DNA of 64,000 nt from a virus. Positions within the stretch are counted from its first letter, which is position 1. Each line of letters opens with the position of its first letter. Location: IMG/VR virus record IMGVR_UViG_3300027896_000017, positions 32,001 to 96,000 of that record. One strand, given 5' to 3'. Below are positions 48,678 to 58,679 of the stretch, piece by piece. The notes beneath the pieces are model-generated. The model did no database searches, was not told where the DNA came from, and saw only the letters and a list, made by a program, of their open reading frames with translations. The position numbers and the translations under genes are program-made.

Positions 48678-49370
48678 ATGGATAGTATCATTATTCCGCC
48701 CAACAGATTTTATATAGAAAATGATATTGCAACGGAATTAATTAAAAAATATAATATACAATATTTGCGTTTTGTTTATATTCGCGATATAGACGGGAGA
48801 ATAGTTTTAATAGCTAAAAAATTAAATAATAATGAAATTCCATCAAATAGGTCATGGATGAAAATAAAAGGCAGATCTCACTTTCATACATTTACGCCTA
48901 AGGTGTTAAAACCATATATTGGAAAAAATATTAATTTATATTATGAAAATATATTTCCAGAACCAAATGAAATCTTTAGAATAAAACCAATAGATTTTAT
49001 ATTTAATTTTAGAACTCAAATATATAATAAAGAAACTCCATATTTTACAGCCAATAGCCAGATGGTGATTCCTAAAATATTTATTAAGAATTATATAGGT
49101 AAAAATATTTCTCATGATAAAATATGTTTTGATAATACAACCACGGAAAATATTAAATCTGGAAATTTGATTGTTCTTATTAAAGACCAATCAATACAAG
49201 ATTTGGCTTATAATTTAGATGATTTTATATGTTTTGTAAGATCCGCTAAATTAACTAAAATGATGGATATAATAAAATCTTTTAATAAAATACTTATAAA
49301 TTTTCAATATTCGTATTTTGTTAAAGAATGTAATGCTATTGTTTTTAAGGAGGATATTAATGCAGAATAA
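48678..49370 (+). CDS. hypothetical protein
   Basis: 230-aa ORF, AAGGA RBS. Confidence 0.6.
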   Translation: MDSIIIPPNRFYIENDIATELIKKYNIQYLRFVYIRDIDGRIVLIAKKLNNNEIPSNRSWMKIKGRSHFHTFTPKVLKPYIGKNINLYYENIFPEPNEIFRIKPIDFIFNFRTQIYNKETPYFTANSQMVIPKIFIKNYIGKNISHDKICFDNTTTENIKSGNLIVLIKDQSIQDLAYNLDDFICFVRSAKLTKMMDIIKSFNKILINFQYSYFVKECNAIVFKEDINAE

Positions 49371-49848
49371 TGAATTAAGCGAAAAATATGTAGAGTATGC
49401 GGAAATGTTAAATGAATTAACTACTAATGAATTAAAAGTCCAAAATATCAGAAGATTAGTAGATGAATTAAAAGGAAAAATAGCATCTTCTGAGAATGGC
49501 GATAGTTGCGGAATGGAATTGTCCGCTCATGCTTTTAAGCAATTATCAGAACGGTTAGAAAAACTATCTATGGAAAATAATAATATTTATAATGATGTAT
49601 TTAATAAACCAAATAAATCAGAATGCTTACTCTTGCCGTCTAATTTAAAATGTTTTATTATTACTTTAATATCCGATGCCCACAAGAAAGGTGAATATCA
49701 AAAAGAATCTTCTAAAAATACTCCAGGAGGATTCGAATACAGATTTACCATTAATATAAAAAAATGGGGAACTGAAGATAAGGAACTGCATCTAGTATGT
49801 ATTATTGAAAATTATACTATTAAAACTGGATATTTTAATTGGATATAA
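49360..49848 (+). CDS. hypothetical protein
   Basis: AAGGAGG RBS before ATG 49360. Confidence 0.7.
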   Translation: MQNNELSEKYVEYAEMLNELTTNELKVQNIRRLVDELKGKIASSENGDSCGMELSAHAFKQLSERLEKLSMENNNIYNDVFNKPNKSECLLLPSNLKCFIITLISDAHKKGEYQKESSKNTPGGFEYRFTINIKKWGTEDKELHLVCIIENYTIKTGYFNWI

Positions 49849-49857
49849 AGGAGCAAT

Positions 49858-51669
49858 ATGATAATCTCTTTATTTAAAAATGAGGGTTTTTTAATTGAAT
49901 GTGACAATGTTGATTTGTTAGCTGATATGCAGGCGGTTATGGATGGTTATAAAATAAGAAATAAACCTCAAATAGTGGTTCCATTAAAAGCCGGAGCTTT
50001 AATTCTAAAATATAAAGATCACGGACTCTCTATGGATAGTATTACCACAAATTCTATAAATAAATTAATAGAAAATAATAAATTAAGAATTATTAACATT
50101 CAAAAAATTAAAGATCAATATGGAAAAGAAATAAAATTTGATTATGAATATAAGGGCAAATATACGCCAATGGCTCATCAAAAAATAATGTTTAATGCTA
50201 TATATTATACCGATGCTGCGGCCATCATAGCCGATCCAGGTACGTGTAAAACAGGCCCCTATCTGTGGGCTATAGATAAAAGAATTAAAAAAGGAATAAT
50301 TAAAAAGGCGCTTGTGGTCACTCTTTCAGATCTAAAAAAAAATATATTAGAAGAAATGTCTGTTCAAGTACCGGATCTTAAAGGCGTAATATTAAAAAAT
50401 AAAGATCAATCTAATAAAATCTTAAATAAATTATTTAATGCTAAAAGAAGTTTAGATAAAAATATTGATTATAATATTTATATAGCTAATTATGAATCCA
50501 TGTATTCATTAGTAGATTTAATAAATTCTGATTATTTTGATATGGTAGTGCTAGATGAGGCTCATAGAATAGGATTTCCCACTTCAAGACAAACTAAGGC
50601 CATAATAGAAACTTTTGAAAATTGTAAGTTCAAATATATAATAACAGGCACATTACATGCTAATAATATAATGTCATTTTTTATGCCATTTAGATTTTTA
50701 GGAGCCGACACCGTGCCTTACGCTAATTATTATGAATTTAGAAGGCATTATATGTATACCGTGGATCCTAATCAATATATCTGGGTGCCGTGTTCTGGGG
50801 CTAAAGAGACTGTTAAACAAATTACTGGAAATTTATCAGTAATGTTTAAAAAAGATGACTGCCTTGAATTGCCCCCGTTAATATATGAAAAATATTCTTG
50901 TCCCATGCATTCTAAACAAGAAAAATTATATACACAATTAAAAAATGACCTTGTTGCCGTTATAGATGATATGTGTTCAAAATGTAATAAACAATTTAAA
51001 TGCGACAATTCTTGTGAGAGTCAAATTGTGGCTAAAAATTCATTAGTGCTTTCTGGTAAACTTTCTCAAATAGCTTCAGGGTTTTATATTAATACCAATA
51101 TAGGTATAGATCCTGAAAGCGGATCTGAATATAATAATAGTAATATTATTACACTTGAAGAAAACCCAAAGATGCAATTATTAATTACTACACTTAATAA
51201 TATTCCGGAAGGTTCTCAAGTAATCATATGGACTAATTATATTCATGCTTGTAAGCTTATTTCTGAAGCTCTGAATAAAGCCTTTGGCGAAGAATCGTAT
51301 ATAACGTGTTTTGGAAATGAAGATGCTTACGATCAAGTGAAAAAGTTTCAATCATCAAAAATATCATATATAGTGGCCAACCCTAAAAAAATGGGAGTTG
51401 GACAGAATATTCAATTTTCTCATTATCAAATATTTTATAGTAACTCCAGATCGTGGGTTATTAGAGACCAGGCTGAAGGTAGACAGCATAGGCAGGGTCA
51501 AAAAGAAAAAGTAACAGTTATTGATCTGATTACAGAAAATACTATGGATGAAGTAGCTTTAAAATCCTTGAAGGCCAAACAGGATCTTAATCTTACCCTG
51601 TCACAATTATCCAGAGTTTTAAAAAATTCTAAAGCAATCGATGCCATTATAAATAATCGATCTAGTTAG
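49858..51669 (+). CDS. SNF2-family (SF2) helicase
   Basis: DPGTCKT, VLDEAH, ITGT, GVGQNIQ, QAEGRQHRQGQ motifs. Confidence 0.9.
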   Translation: MIISLFKNEGFLIECDNVDLLADMQAVMDGYKIRNKPQIVVPLKAGALILKYKDHGLSMDSITTNSINKLIENNKLRIINIQKIKDQYGKEIKFDYEYKGKYTPMAHQKIMFNAIYYTDAAAIIADPGTCKTGPYLWAIDKRIKKGIIKKALVVTLSDLKKNILEEMSVQVPDLKGVILKNKDQSNKILNKLFNAKRSLDKNIDYNIYIANYESMYSLVDLINSDYFDMVVLDEAHRIGFPTSRQTKAIIETFENCKFKYIITGTLHANNIMSFFMPFRFLGADTVPYANYYEFRRHYMYTVDPNQYIWVPCSGAKETVKQITGNLSVMFKKDDCLELPPLIYEKYSCPMHSKQEKLYTQLKNDLVAVIDDMCSKCNKQFKCDNSCESQIVAKNSLVLSGKLSQIASGFYINTNIGIDPESGSEYNNSNIITLEENPKMQLLITTLNNIPEGSQVIIWTNYIHACKLISEALNKAFGEESYITCFGNEDAYDQVKKFQSSKISYIVANPKKMGVGQNIQFSHYQIFYSNSRSWVIRDQAEGRQHRQGQKEKVTVIDLITENTMDEVALKSLKAKQDLNLTLSQLSRVLKNSKAIDAIINNRSS

Positions 51670-51693
51670 TTTTTAGCTATTGATTGGAGGGCT

Positions 51694-51993
51694 ATGGCAA
51701 GAAAAGCTGTTGTTAATTTAAGTAAAAGTCAACTTGAAATGTATCAAAAAACGTATAAAACAGATATTGAAATAGCGAAAGCCGTTGGAGTGTCTCGGCA
51801 ATGGATATATATATTAAGAAAAAAATATAATATATTACCTATTAAATCTAAAGATGTAAAAATAAATAGGAATAAAGCTATTTATACATCTTTTATGGCT
51901 GATACGAAAAGAAAAGAATTGGCACATAAACACAAGGTTTCATATATAACTATTTGTAGAATTATTAACAAAAACAAGGGGGAAGCGTGTTAA
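51694..51993 (+). CDS. helix-turn-helix DNA-binding protein
   Basis: TDIEIAKAVGVSRQWIY and RKELAHKHKVSYITICRII double HTH. Confidence 0.75.
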   Translation: MARKAVVNLSKSQLEMYQKTYKTDIEIAKAVGVSRQWIYILRKKYNILPIKSKDVKINRNKAIYTSFMADTKRKELAHKHKVSYITICRIINKNKGEAC

Positions 51994-52430
51994 TAAATAA
52001 TAATGATTTTCTTAAAAAGGTATTATTATTTGCTGCTGAGGAACTATATAAAATTCAATTTGATTTTGATGCACTGATGCCCCATTTAGAAGATTCTATT
52101 AAAGATAAATCTAATTGGATTTCAGATACAATAGAACAATGGTTTGAACAAGTTCAAGAAAAATATCCTAAAGAATTTGGTAATACAGCCATTTGCGATG
52201 TTAATGATGTTCCTGAATTAACTAAAATAACCGAAAATAAGTCAAAAAATTTATCAAGTAAATTTTATAAACTTAAGATAGGTGAATGTTTTGATCTTGA
52301 TAATTTTACTAAAATAACTAAAGTTATGGATGGTTGGATATACGATGGCGTTCATGGCGTGGCATTTATACCTAAACCATACGGAGCACCAGATGATGTT
52401 GATGAAGAGGGGTTAAATCAAGATGTCTGA
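51987..52430 (+). CDS. hypothetical protein
   Basis: ORF coupled to its neighbours, GTG start. Confidence 0.6.
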   Translation: MLINNNDFLKKVLLFAAEELYKIQFDFDALMPHLEDSIKDKSNWISDTIEQWFEQVQEKYPKEFGNTAICDVNDVPELTKITENKSKNLSSKFYKLKIGECFDLDNFTKITKVMDGWIYDGVHGVAFIPKPYGAPDDVDEEGLNQDV

Positions 52431-52755
52431 AGAATCAAATCTTCAATCTAAAATACTTAATGATCTTAGATCGTTTGGTAAATATTGTGAATGTTTTAAA
52501 ATAATCAAAGCAAGCGATAATGGGGAACCTGATATATTTTTTACTACAATATTAACCGGTGGCGTTTTATTAGAATTAAAACGCCTAACCGGCTCTGCTG
52601 AAAAACTTCAAATATTTAAAATAAATAAACTTAATAAATGCGGAACTAAAACATTTGTATGTCATTCGTGGCAAGAATGGGTATCTATTAAAAAAATATT
52701 AAATTTAGAAAAATTTACTGTAGAATTAGTTCATAAACATAAGTCTTCGTTATAA
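52423..52755 (+). CDS. VRR-NUC domain nuclease
   Basis: E..LQSKI...L...GEPDI.....LLELK..G....LQ motif. Confidence 0.85.
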   Translation: MSEESNLQSKILNDLRSFGKYCECFKIIKASDNGEPDIFFTTILTGGVLLELKRLTGSAEKLQIFKINKLNKCGTKTFVCHSWQEWVSIKKILNLEKFTVELVHKHKSSL

Positions 52756-52768
52756 TTAATTCAATTCT

Positions 52769-52782
52769 GAAATAACAATAAT
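52769..52782 (+). promoter_or_regulatory. putative phage promoter GAAATAAC-AATAAT
   Basis: Copy of the recurring motif upstream of the Ubl operon. Confidence 0.45.
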
Positions 52783-52818
52783 ATAGGATTTATTCCTTTT
52801 TTTAAACTTGGAGGGTGT

Positions 52819-54873
52819 ATGTATGGATTTGTAGAACCATGGATTACAGAATTACTTGATGTTCAATTTGATGCCTATAATATTGGCGATGGATTAATCG
52901 CCAACATTGTCAGTGCTGATAATTTTGAAAGAATTTTGCATATATTTTTACATATATTTAGTGATAGGACCAATATTAGAAATGGAAAAAATAGTATTGA
53001 AAGGCCAATAAAAATTAGTTCGAACGTAATCGGTATGCATCTATTACTTATGAGGTACTGGATTAATGAAGATATTCTTTACGCTTTAACAGATGGCCAA
53101 ATTAAAGCCAGAGATAGCTTTGTGGCTTTTATGGAGATGCCTAATCCCAGATTTAATTTAGAACATATTAAAGATATGTTTATTCGTATAGCTATGGAGC
53201 ATAGATTTGGTTTGCGTGACGGAATAAGACTTATTAATACCGAAGAGACACATACTACTGAATTAACAGATCAACATGATGCTATTGATGACGAGAGGGG
53301 GATTCTCGCCGAATTAAGGGATCAATATAATATTATTGATATTAATAATCCCAATGTTGGGGTTGTCCCTGACGCTTTAATTGAACACGTTCCTGTTGAA
53401 CAAGCTCCTGTTGAACAAGGTATTAACATAGAACAGAAAGTCAACATGGATAAAAAACAAGAGAAAAACGAAAGTATAAAAAAGATTTTTATTGAAGATG
53501 TAATAACAAACGTACAAAAAATATATTCTTTATATCAATTCACTACCCCCAATAATAATTGTATAATATGCGATCAGACCCCCAATGAAATTAGAATGAA
53601 TATATTATTTGATTTGGCAGATAAATTGAATAAAAATATTATAATGACTTTACATTATAATAGTGCATATCTTAAAATAATAAAAAAAAGTTATAATACT
53701 AAAGAGGTCGAACAGCACACATTGTTTATTGATACATGCCCTATATATTCTTCTGAAGAAAAGAAGTTTGTAAAATTGGTTAAAAATTCATATACTATAT
53801 GCATGGGTACAATGACAATGCAGCCATTATTGGTATATGGAACGGATGTTAATAATGATGTTAATCTATTATACAAAAGTCATAAAACAGACGAATCTAT
53901 CGAAAAAATAAAAAATGGAGAAAATTCTCCATATTATAAATATGATCAAATATTTAAAGATACCTACACAAATGTGGTGTGGGCTGTTAAAGATCGATGT
54001 GTTATTCACGTGCTTTGTCAGCAATGTTCTGAACGATTTATGGATACTATATTGATTGAACTCACAAAAAGAATAAATAATAAATTATCATATAAAGAAT
54101 TGTTGGCAATAGATAAAGCATATTTCGACAATATGAATGCCAACAATATGGATTCATATATTAATTTCGCTTTAGAGAATTCAAAAAGAATATATGATGA
54201 TATGAATAACGAGTTAAAAAAATTAAGAATCTCTTTTAACTCATATATGTCTCAAGCTATGGAAACCGCAAAAATTGCCCAAAGAATTGAAGATCAACTG
54301 TCAGCTTTTGACATGAATGGATTTGAGGCAAAAGAAAAAGAAAAGGCTATAAAAAATTATAAAGATACCATGGGAATAGACAAAGTTAAGTGTATATGTA
54401 TTGAAGATAATAAAATACATATATACACAAAAAATTTATACGTTAAAGATCCTCGAAGTAAGAAATGGCATGACATTGGAACTTTCCATATTATTCTTGG
54501 AATGCTTGGGAAATCGTATGATACCTCCAATACTATTGCTATTTTTAATACCAAATATAATGGCATGGGTATGAATAATGATTTTCAGGCGCCCCATGTA
54601 TATGGTGATGGCCACGTATGTCATGGAAATATGGCCGCATCAATGGTTGAATCTTATAAGCAAAGAAATCTATTTGAATTAATTTATCAAATCATAATAT
54701 TCTTACAATCTGTTAATGTGGGAGATGCTGCCGGAGCTTATATCCATACTTGGCCTGAAGTAACCGAAGATATGGTTAAGCGCGATGAAGATGGCGCAAC
54801 TTATGATGAGATTAGTGAAATAGAAAAAAAATGGGATAATCAACTGGCGGAAGCGTTGCCAATTCACATATAA
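52819..54873 (+). CDS. coiled-coil protein with C-terminal prokaryotic E2-like domain
   Basis: DIGTFHI...APHVYGDGHVCHGN...II.FLQS.N..D..G.....WP; operon context. Confidence 0.65.
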   Translation: MYGFVEPWITELLDVQFDAYNIGDGLIANIVSADNFERILHIFLHIFSDRTNIRNGKNSIERPIKISSNVIGMHLLLMRYWINEDILYALTDGQIKARDSFVAFMEMPNPRFNLEHIKDMFIRIAMEHRFGLRDGIRLINTEETHTTELTDQHDAIDDERGILAELRDQYNIIDINNPNVGVVPDALIEHVPVEQAPVEQGINIEQKVNMDKKQEKNESIKKIFIEDVITNVQKIYSLYQFTTPNNNCIICDQTPNEIRMNILFDLADKLNKNIIMTLHYNSAYLKIIKKSYNTKEVEQHTLFIDTCPIYSSEEKKFVKLVKNSYTICMGTMTMQPLLVYGTDVNNDVNLLYKSHKTDESIEKIKNGENSPYYKYDQIFKDTYTNVVWAVKDRCVIHVLCQQCSERFMDTILIELTKRINNKLSYKELLAIDKAYFDNMNANNMDSYINFALENSKRIYDDMNNELKKLRISFNSYMSQAMETAKIAQRIEDQLSAFDMNGFEAKEKEKAIKNYKDTMGIDKVKCICIEDNKIHIYTKNLYVKDPRSKKWHDIGTFHIILGMLGKSYDTSNTIAIFNTKYNGMGMNNDFQAPHVYGDGHVCHGNMAASMVESYKQRNLFELIYQIIIFLQSVNVGDAAGAYIHTWPEVTEDMVKRDEDGATYDEISEIEKKWDNQLAEALPIHI

Positions 54874-54886
54874 CAAGGAATAAGCA

Positions 54887-55930
54887 ATGACGACACTTAC
54901 TTTTGAAAATTCAACTGGATTGAATTTGAACAATTTTCCAGCAGAGCTTTTAATTTTGGCCACCAATGTAAGTACAAATGCAACTGGTCTGTTAACTATT
55001 GATGTCGATAATGGTTTGCTACCACGCTTCTCAGCAGATTTAAATGTTCTTAATCGCAATCTGATATTTTGTCAGATTAATGCTAACTCTATATATATAC
55101 GAGATACTGAGCGGGCCATGAATCAAATGCAAAATATTGTTCGACAAAATGCTGAACAATTGCTGCAACCAGAACCAACGCGAGAGCCAATAGCTCCAGC
55201 ACCAGCAACAGTTGCAATAATGAATGATCCTGACGAATCAGCGGAAGATAGTTTTGAAGTAATGAATAATGATAGACAATTTCCAATAAATCAATGTTTA
55301 GAAGAAGAAATTTTGCCTTTTATGGCAACAAAATTAAGAAATGCGTGCAGTCCAAATGCGGCAGCAATTCTGAATATTCTTAATCAACTTCAGGATTTAA
55401 CATGTCGCACCATTATTCTTAAGAATAAATTAACCGAACTAACGAAAAATATAGTTCCAGAAGATAAAATAATAAAATTGAAGGAACAAATGGATCAATT
55501 GATAAGAGAAGACAATTTAATAGATAAAGTTCAAATAAATAAAGATACCGGATGGCTGTGGATTACTACCAAAAATCTTCAAACTGAAGAGTTGGAAGAT
55601 GGCACCAAAAGAGATATTGGAGTTATGTTAATCCAATTAAATCTTAATGTTATGTTATCTACAGTAACACTTGAAAGTGAACATCTACTTCTAAAAATCT
55701 TTAATAAAACAAGATATGTATATGATAACGAAGCTGATTGTGAATTTGAAAGTGGCCATATTAGGCATGACGGCACAGTATGTTTAGGCAATGGATATGA
55801 GCCATTATTCGCATCGTTATCAAGAAATAATTTGTTACAGGCTATCGATCTTATCATCAAATTTATAAGAAACCCCGACATTGATGATGCGTGGGGAAAA
55901 ATGATACTTCATTTTCCCGAGGTAGCATAA
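54887..55930 (+). CDS. prokaryotic E2-like protein
   Basis: DIGVMLI...GHIRHDGTVCLGN...IIKFIRNP..DDAWG....FP; paralogous to the upstream C-terminal domain. Confidence 0.65.
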   Translation: MTTLTFENSTGLNLNNFPAELLILATNVSTNATGLLTIDVDNGLLPRFSADLNVLNRNLIFCQINANSIYIRDTERAMNQMQNIVRQNAEQLLQPEPTREPIAPAPATVAIMNDPDESAEDSFEVMNNDRQFPINQCLEEEILPFMATKLRNACSPNAAAILNILNQLQDLTCRTIILKNKLTELTKNIVPEDKIIKLKEQMDQLIREDNLIDKVQINKDTGWLWITTKNLQTEELEDGTKRDIGVMLIQLNLNVMLSTVTLESEHLLLKIFNKTRYVYDNEADCEFESGHIRHDGTVCLGNGYEPLFASLSRNNLLQAIDLIIKFIRNPDIDDAWGKMILHFPEVA

Positions 55931-55931
55931 A

Positions 55932-56819
55932 ATGAAAAATATAACGCAAGGCACCACTTATACTGTGCTTAAACCAGAAAAAAAGGTTCCTCCCACAATA
56001 ACATTCACATCAAAAGCATTAAAGTGGATAGAGGCTATTATTGATAACCATGAAAATGAAGTTGGTTTTTATGGTATTGTGGAGGAAGATGAAGTGAATT
56101 ATTCTTATCGTGTTGTGGATATATTCTATCCTAAACATCAATTAGCCACTTCAGCTACATGCGAGATATCTCCTGAAGGAGAGGCCGCAATAATGAATTG
56201 GCTTATTGAGCATAACAGAACAACGGACATTGCCAATATGATGTTGTGGGGGCATTCCCATCACACAATGGGAATTTCTCCGTCAGCTCAAGATGATAAA
56301 CAGGCTATAGATAGAATGGAATCTACAAGACATAATATAATTCGAATTATAGTCAATAAAGAAAAATTAATGTCAGTTTCTTTCTTTGATTATAAAAAAC
56401 AATTAAGATTTGACAATATTATATGGCAAGAAGAAAAAATAAGCGACGAAACTATTAATTTGGAAATGCTGAATAAAATTCGCGCTATTTTAGATTCCGA
56501 CGCCGCACATGATAAAAAAATAGATGAAATAGATAAAGTTATGTACGTTGATGTTGAAATGGAAAACATCACTGCAAAAGTTAAAGAACTTAAAAAAATT
56601 AATATACCTGAAAATAATTATCAAAACAACCATCAAATATATGGTCGAGATTATAGCAATTATCCAACATTTGGTGGATGCCGTAAACATGGTAAAAATA
56701 AGAAAAATGATCTTCTTCAAACAGATGCTTTTGATGATTTTAATAATTACCCCCGCTCGACATCTGTTGAAAAAGAAGTAGAAGAATTAATGAGTGAATG
56801 GAATGGGATGGGGGAGTAA
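55932..56819 (+). CDS. JAB/MPN+ metalloprotease (deubiquitinase-like)
   Basis: EVGFYG ... WGHSHHTMGISPSAQD (E-x-HxH-x-S-x2-D JAMM motif). Confidence 0.9.
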   Translation: MKNITQGTTYTVLKPEKKVPPTITFTSKALKWIEAIIDNHENEVGFYGIVEEDEVNYSYRVVDIFYPKHQLATSATCEISPEGEAAIMNWLIEHNRTTDIANMMLWGHSHHTMGISPSAQDDKQAIDRMESTRHNIIRIIVNKEKLMSVSFFDYKKQLRFDNIIWQEEKISDETINLEMLNKIRAILDSDAAHDKKIDEIDKVMYVDVEMENITAKVKELKKINIPENNYQNNHQIYGRDYSNYPTFGGCRKHGKNKKNDLLQTDAFDDFNNYPRSTSVEKEVEELMSEWNGMGE

Positions 56820-56820
56820 T

Positions 56821-57588
56821 ATGAATTATTCCCGCCAAGCCCAATTACTTGACCCACAACAAATCAAAAACAGATCTATTACTATTATAGGAGCCGGCGC
56901 TACTGGATCTTATATGGCATTATTCTTGGCCCAAATGGGCTGGGGAAATCAGCCTTTTAATCAAGGAGAACTAAAAGTATTTGATGGAGATGTGGTAGAA
57001 GAACATAACTTGGCCAACCAGGTTTATGAAAAAAGCCATATCGGAAAGCCTAAAGTCGAAGCGTTAAAAGAAGTAATTATTAGAAAATGCGGCTTCGAAA
57101 TTCAGGTTTATAATCAGATGGTAACCGACAAAACACCAACTGATTTAATCCAATCAACATACGTTTTAATCCTGACAGACACCATGAAAAGCAGAAAAGA
57201 AATCTTTGAACATCACCTAAAAACACCATTCAATACCGACCTTGTTATTGAAACAAGAATGGGTTTACGAGATGGAAGGGTATATGCATTTAATCCTAAC
57301 ATGGGTGAACACGTCAAAGAATGGAAAGCCACTCTGTATGACGACAATGTCGCAGAAGCTTCCCTATGTGGTGCAAGTCAGTCGATTGTCTCTACGGTAG
57401 GATTTTTGTCGAGTCTTGCCACTGGAAGAATAATACAGCATTTTAATTACCAGTATGGCAGCGATAGTCTTAGAGGACCTAAGGGTAATAATGACTTCAT
57501 GATGTGGAATGAAGTTCATTTTTCACTTTATCCTGAATGTTTTTATCTTAGACGATTTGGCACCAATGAACCGGTAGTAACTGCTTAA
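56821..57588 (+). CDS. ThiF/E1-like activating enzyme
   Basis: YSRQ, IIGAGATGS, DGDVVEEHNLANQ, GKPKV, LTD....R, candidate catalytic Cys in ASLCG. Confidence 0.9.
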   Translation: MNYSRQAQLLDPQQIKNRSITIIGAGATGSYMALFLAQMGWGNQPFNQGELKVFDGDVVEEHNLANQVYEKSHIGKPKVEALKEVIIRKCGFEIQVYNQMVTDKTPTDLIQSTYVLILTDTMKSRKEIFEHHLKTPFNTDLVIETRMGLRDGRVYAFNPNMGEHVKEWKATLYDDNVAEASLCGASQSIVSTVGFLSSLATGRIIQHFNYQYGSDSLRGPKGNNDFMMWNEVHFSLYPECFYLRRFGTNEPVVTA

Positions 57589-57627
57589 TCGACAGGCATT
57601 ATTAACTTTTTTTTGAAAGGCTTTACC

Positions 57628-58107
57628 ATGATCGTAGTTAAAATCATGCAGCTGAACTGCCCGGTCGAAACTTATGCGCTCCAGCCTGGAGCTACTGTTC
57701 AAGATTTATTTGAAGAATCAAATAAAGAATATGTAGAGGGTGAAGTTACCCGTCGTCATCAGCGTGTTTCTGAAAATGACACTCTTTTTGACGGTGATGT
57801 AATCATGATTTCTAAAATGACGAAGGGAAATCAGGATTTGTTTGAGGTTGAAATTCTGCGCATTAGTGGTGGTGGACGCGTCCTTACTCTTACTGCGCAG
57901 CCGGGATATACCATCAAACAGGTTCTTGATCAGCTTCCTACAGAGGATCGCGCACAGTTTTTTCGTGCCGATGGAACATCTGCTTATGAATTTCGGCTGA
58001 GTGGAGCTGGAAGTTCAAGCGAACCTGTTCCTATGACATATGCACTGAATGCCCCTGCTGGTGGAAAAGTGCGTATTCTGTGCAGTCAGGTTGTTAAAGG
58101 TAATTAA
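57628..58107 (+). CDS. tandem ubiquitin-like (2 x beta-grasp) protein, each domain ending KGN
   Basis: PGATVQDL...LFDGDVIMISKMTKGN and PGYTIKQVL...ILCSQVVKGN; last gene of the E2/JAB/E1 cluster. Confidence 0.8.
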   Translation: MIVVKIMQLNCPVETYALQPGATVQDLFEESNKEYVEGEVTRRHQRVSENDTLFDGDVIMISKMTKGNQDLFEVEILRISGGGRVLTLTAQPGYTIKQVLDQLPTEDRAQFFRADGTSAYEFRLSGAGSSSEPVPMTYALNAPAGGKVRILCSQVVKGN

Positions 58108-58175
58108 TTGGATACCGAACGTTAACTAAGGAAGGGAATAGTAATATTCCCCTCCTTATATTGTTAGGATAAACT

Positions 58176-58523
58176 ATGGGTGCGTTATTGCATATACTAC
58201 AATTTGGTGATAGTGAATGTACTACTTATGTGGTTGAAATTGCAAGCATATCGCATTGTAAGTTTCGATATCCAAAAGAATTACCAATCGCGCTTTCTAC
58301 AAAAGATCGATATCCAAGTTTGGATATTCATCTTATGTCAGAAGCGAAAATTCAATTGTATTTGAATAGTAAAACTGTTTTTAGAGTTATCGAAGATGAT
58401 GGGCCTGTTAAAGAGACCACTTCTTTAAAAGAATTTGAAAATTCCATCATTGAGTTGATTCAAGGAAACGGAATTACTGGTAGTTCAATGGACCCGCAAT
58501 TAGAGACCCAAAGTGATACATAA
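58176..58523 (+). CDS. hypothetical protein
   Basis: 115-aa ORF, AGGA RBS. Confidence 0.6.
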   Translation: MGALLHILQFGDSECTTYVVEIASISHCKFRYPKELPIALSTKDRYPSLDIHLMSEAKIQLYLNSKTVFRVIEDDGPVKETTSLKEFENSIIELIQGNGITGSSMDPQLETQSDT

Positions 58524-58548
58524 CAACTATTACCAAAAAAATAATAAT

Positions 58549-58588
58549 AAGGCCCCGAAAGGGGCCTTGTTTTACCTATTATTTTTTT
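58549..58588. terminator. bidirectional terminator at convergent strand switch
   Basis: AAGGCCCC-GAAA-GGGGCCTT with flanking A/T tracts. Confidence 0.85.
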
Positions 58589-58679
58589 AGCTATTAGAAA
58601 GAAATATGGCTGAGCCTAGATGATTAATCTAAACCCAGCCACCGATCGCACAGGAGGGAACAAGGGTGGCCTTGCGATC

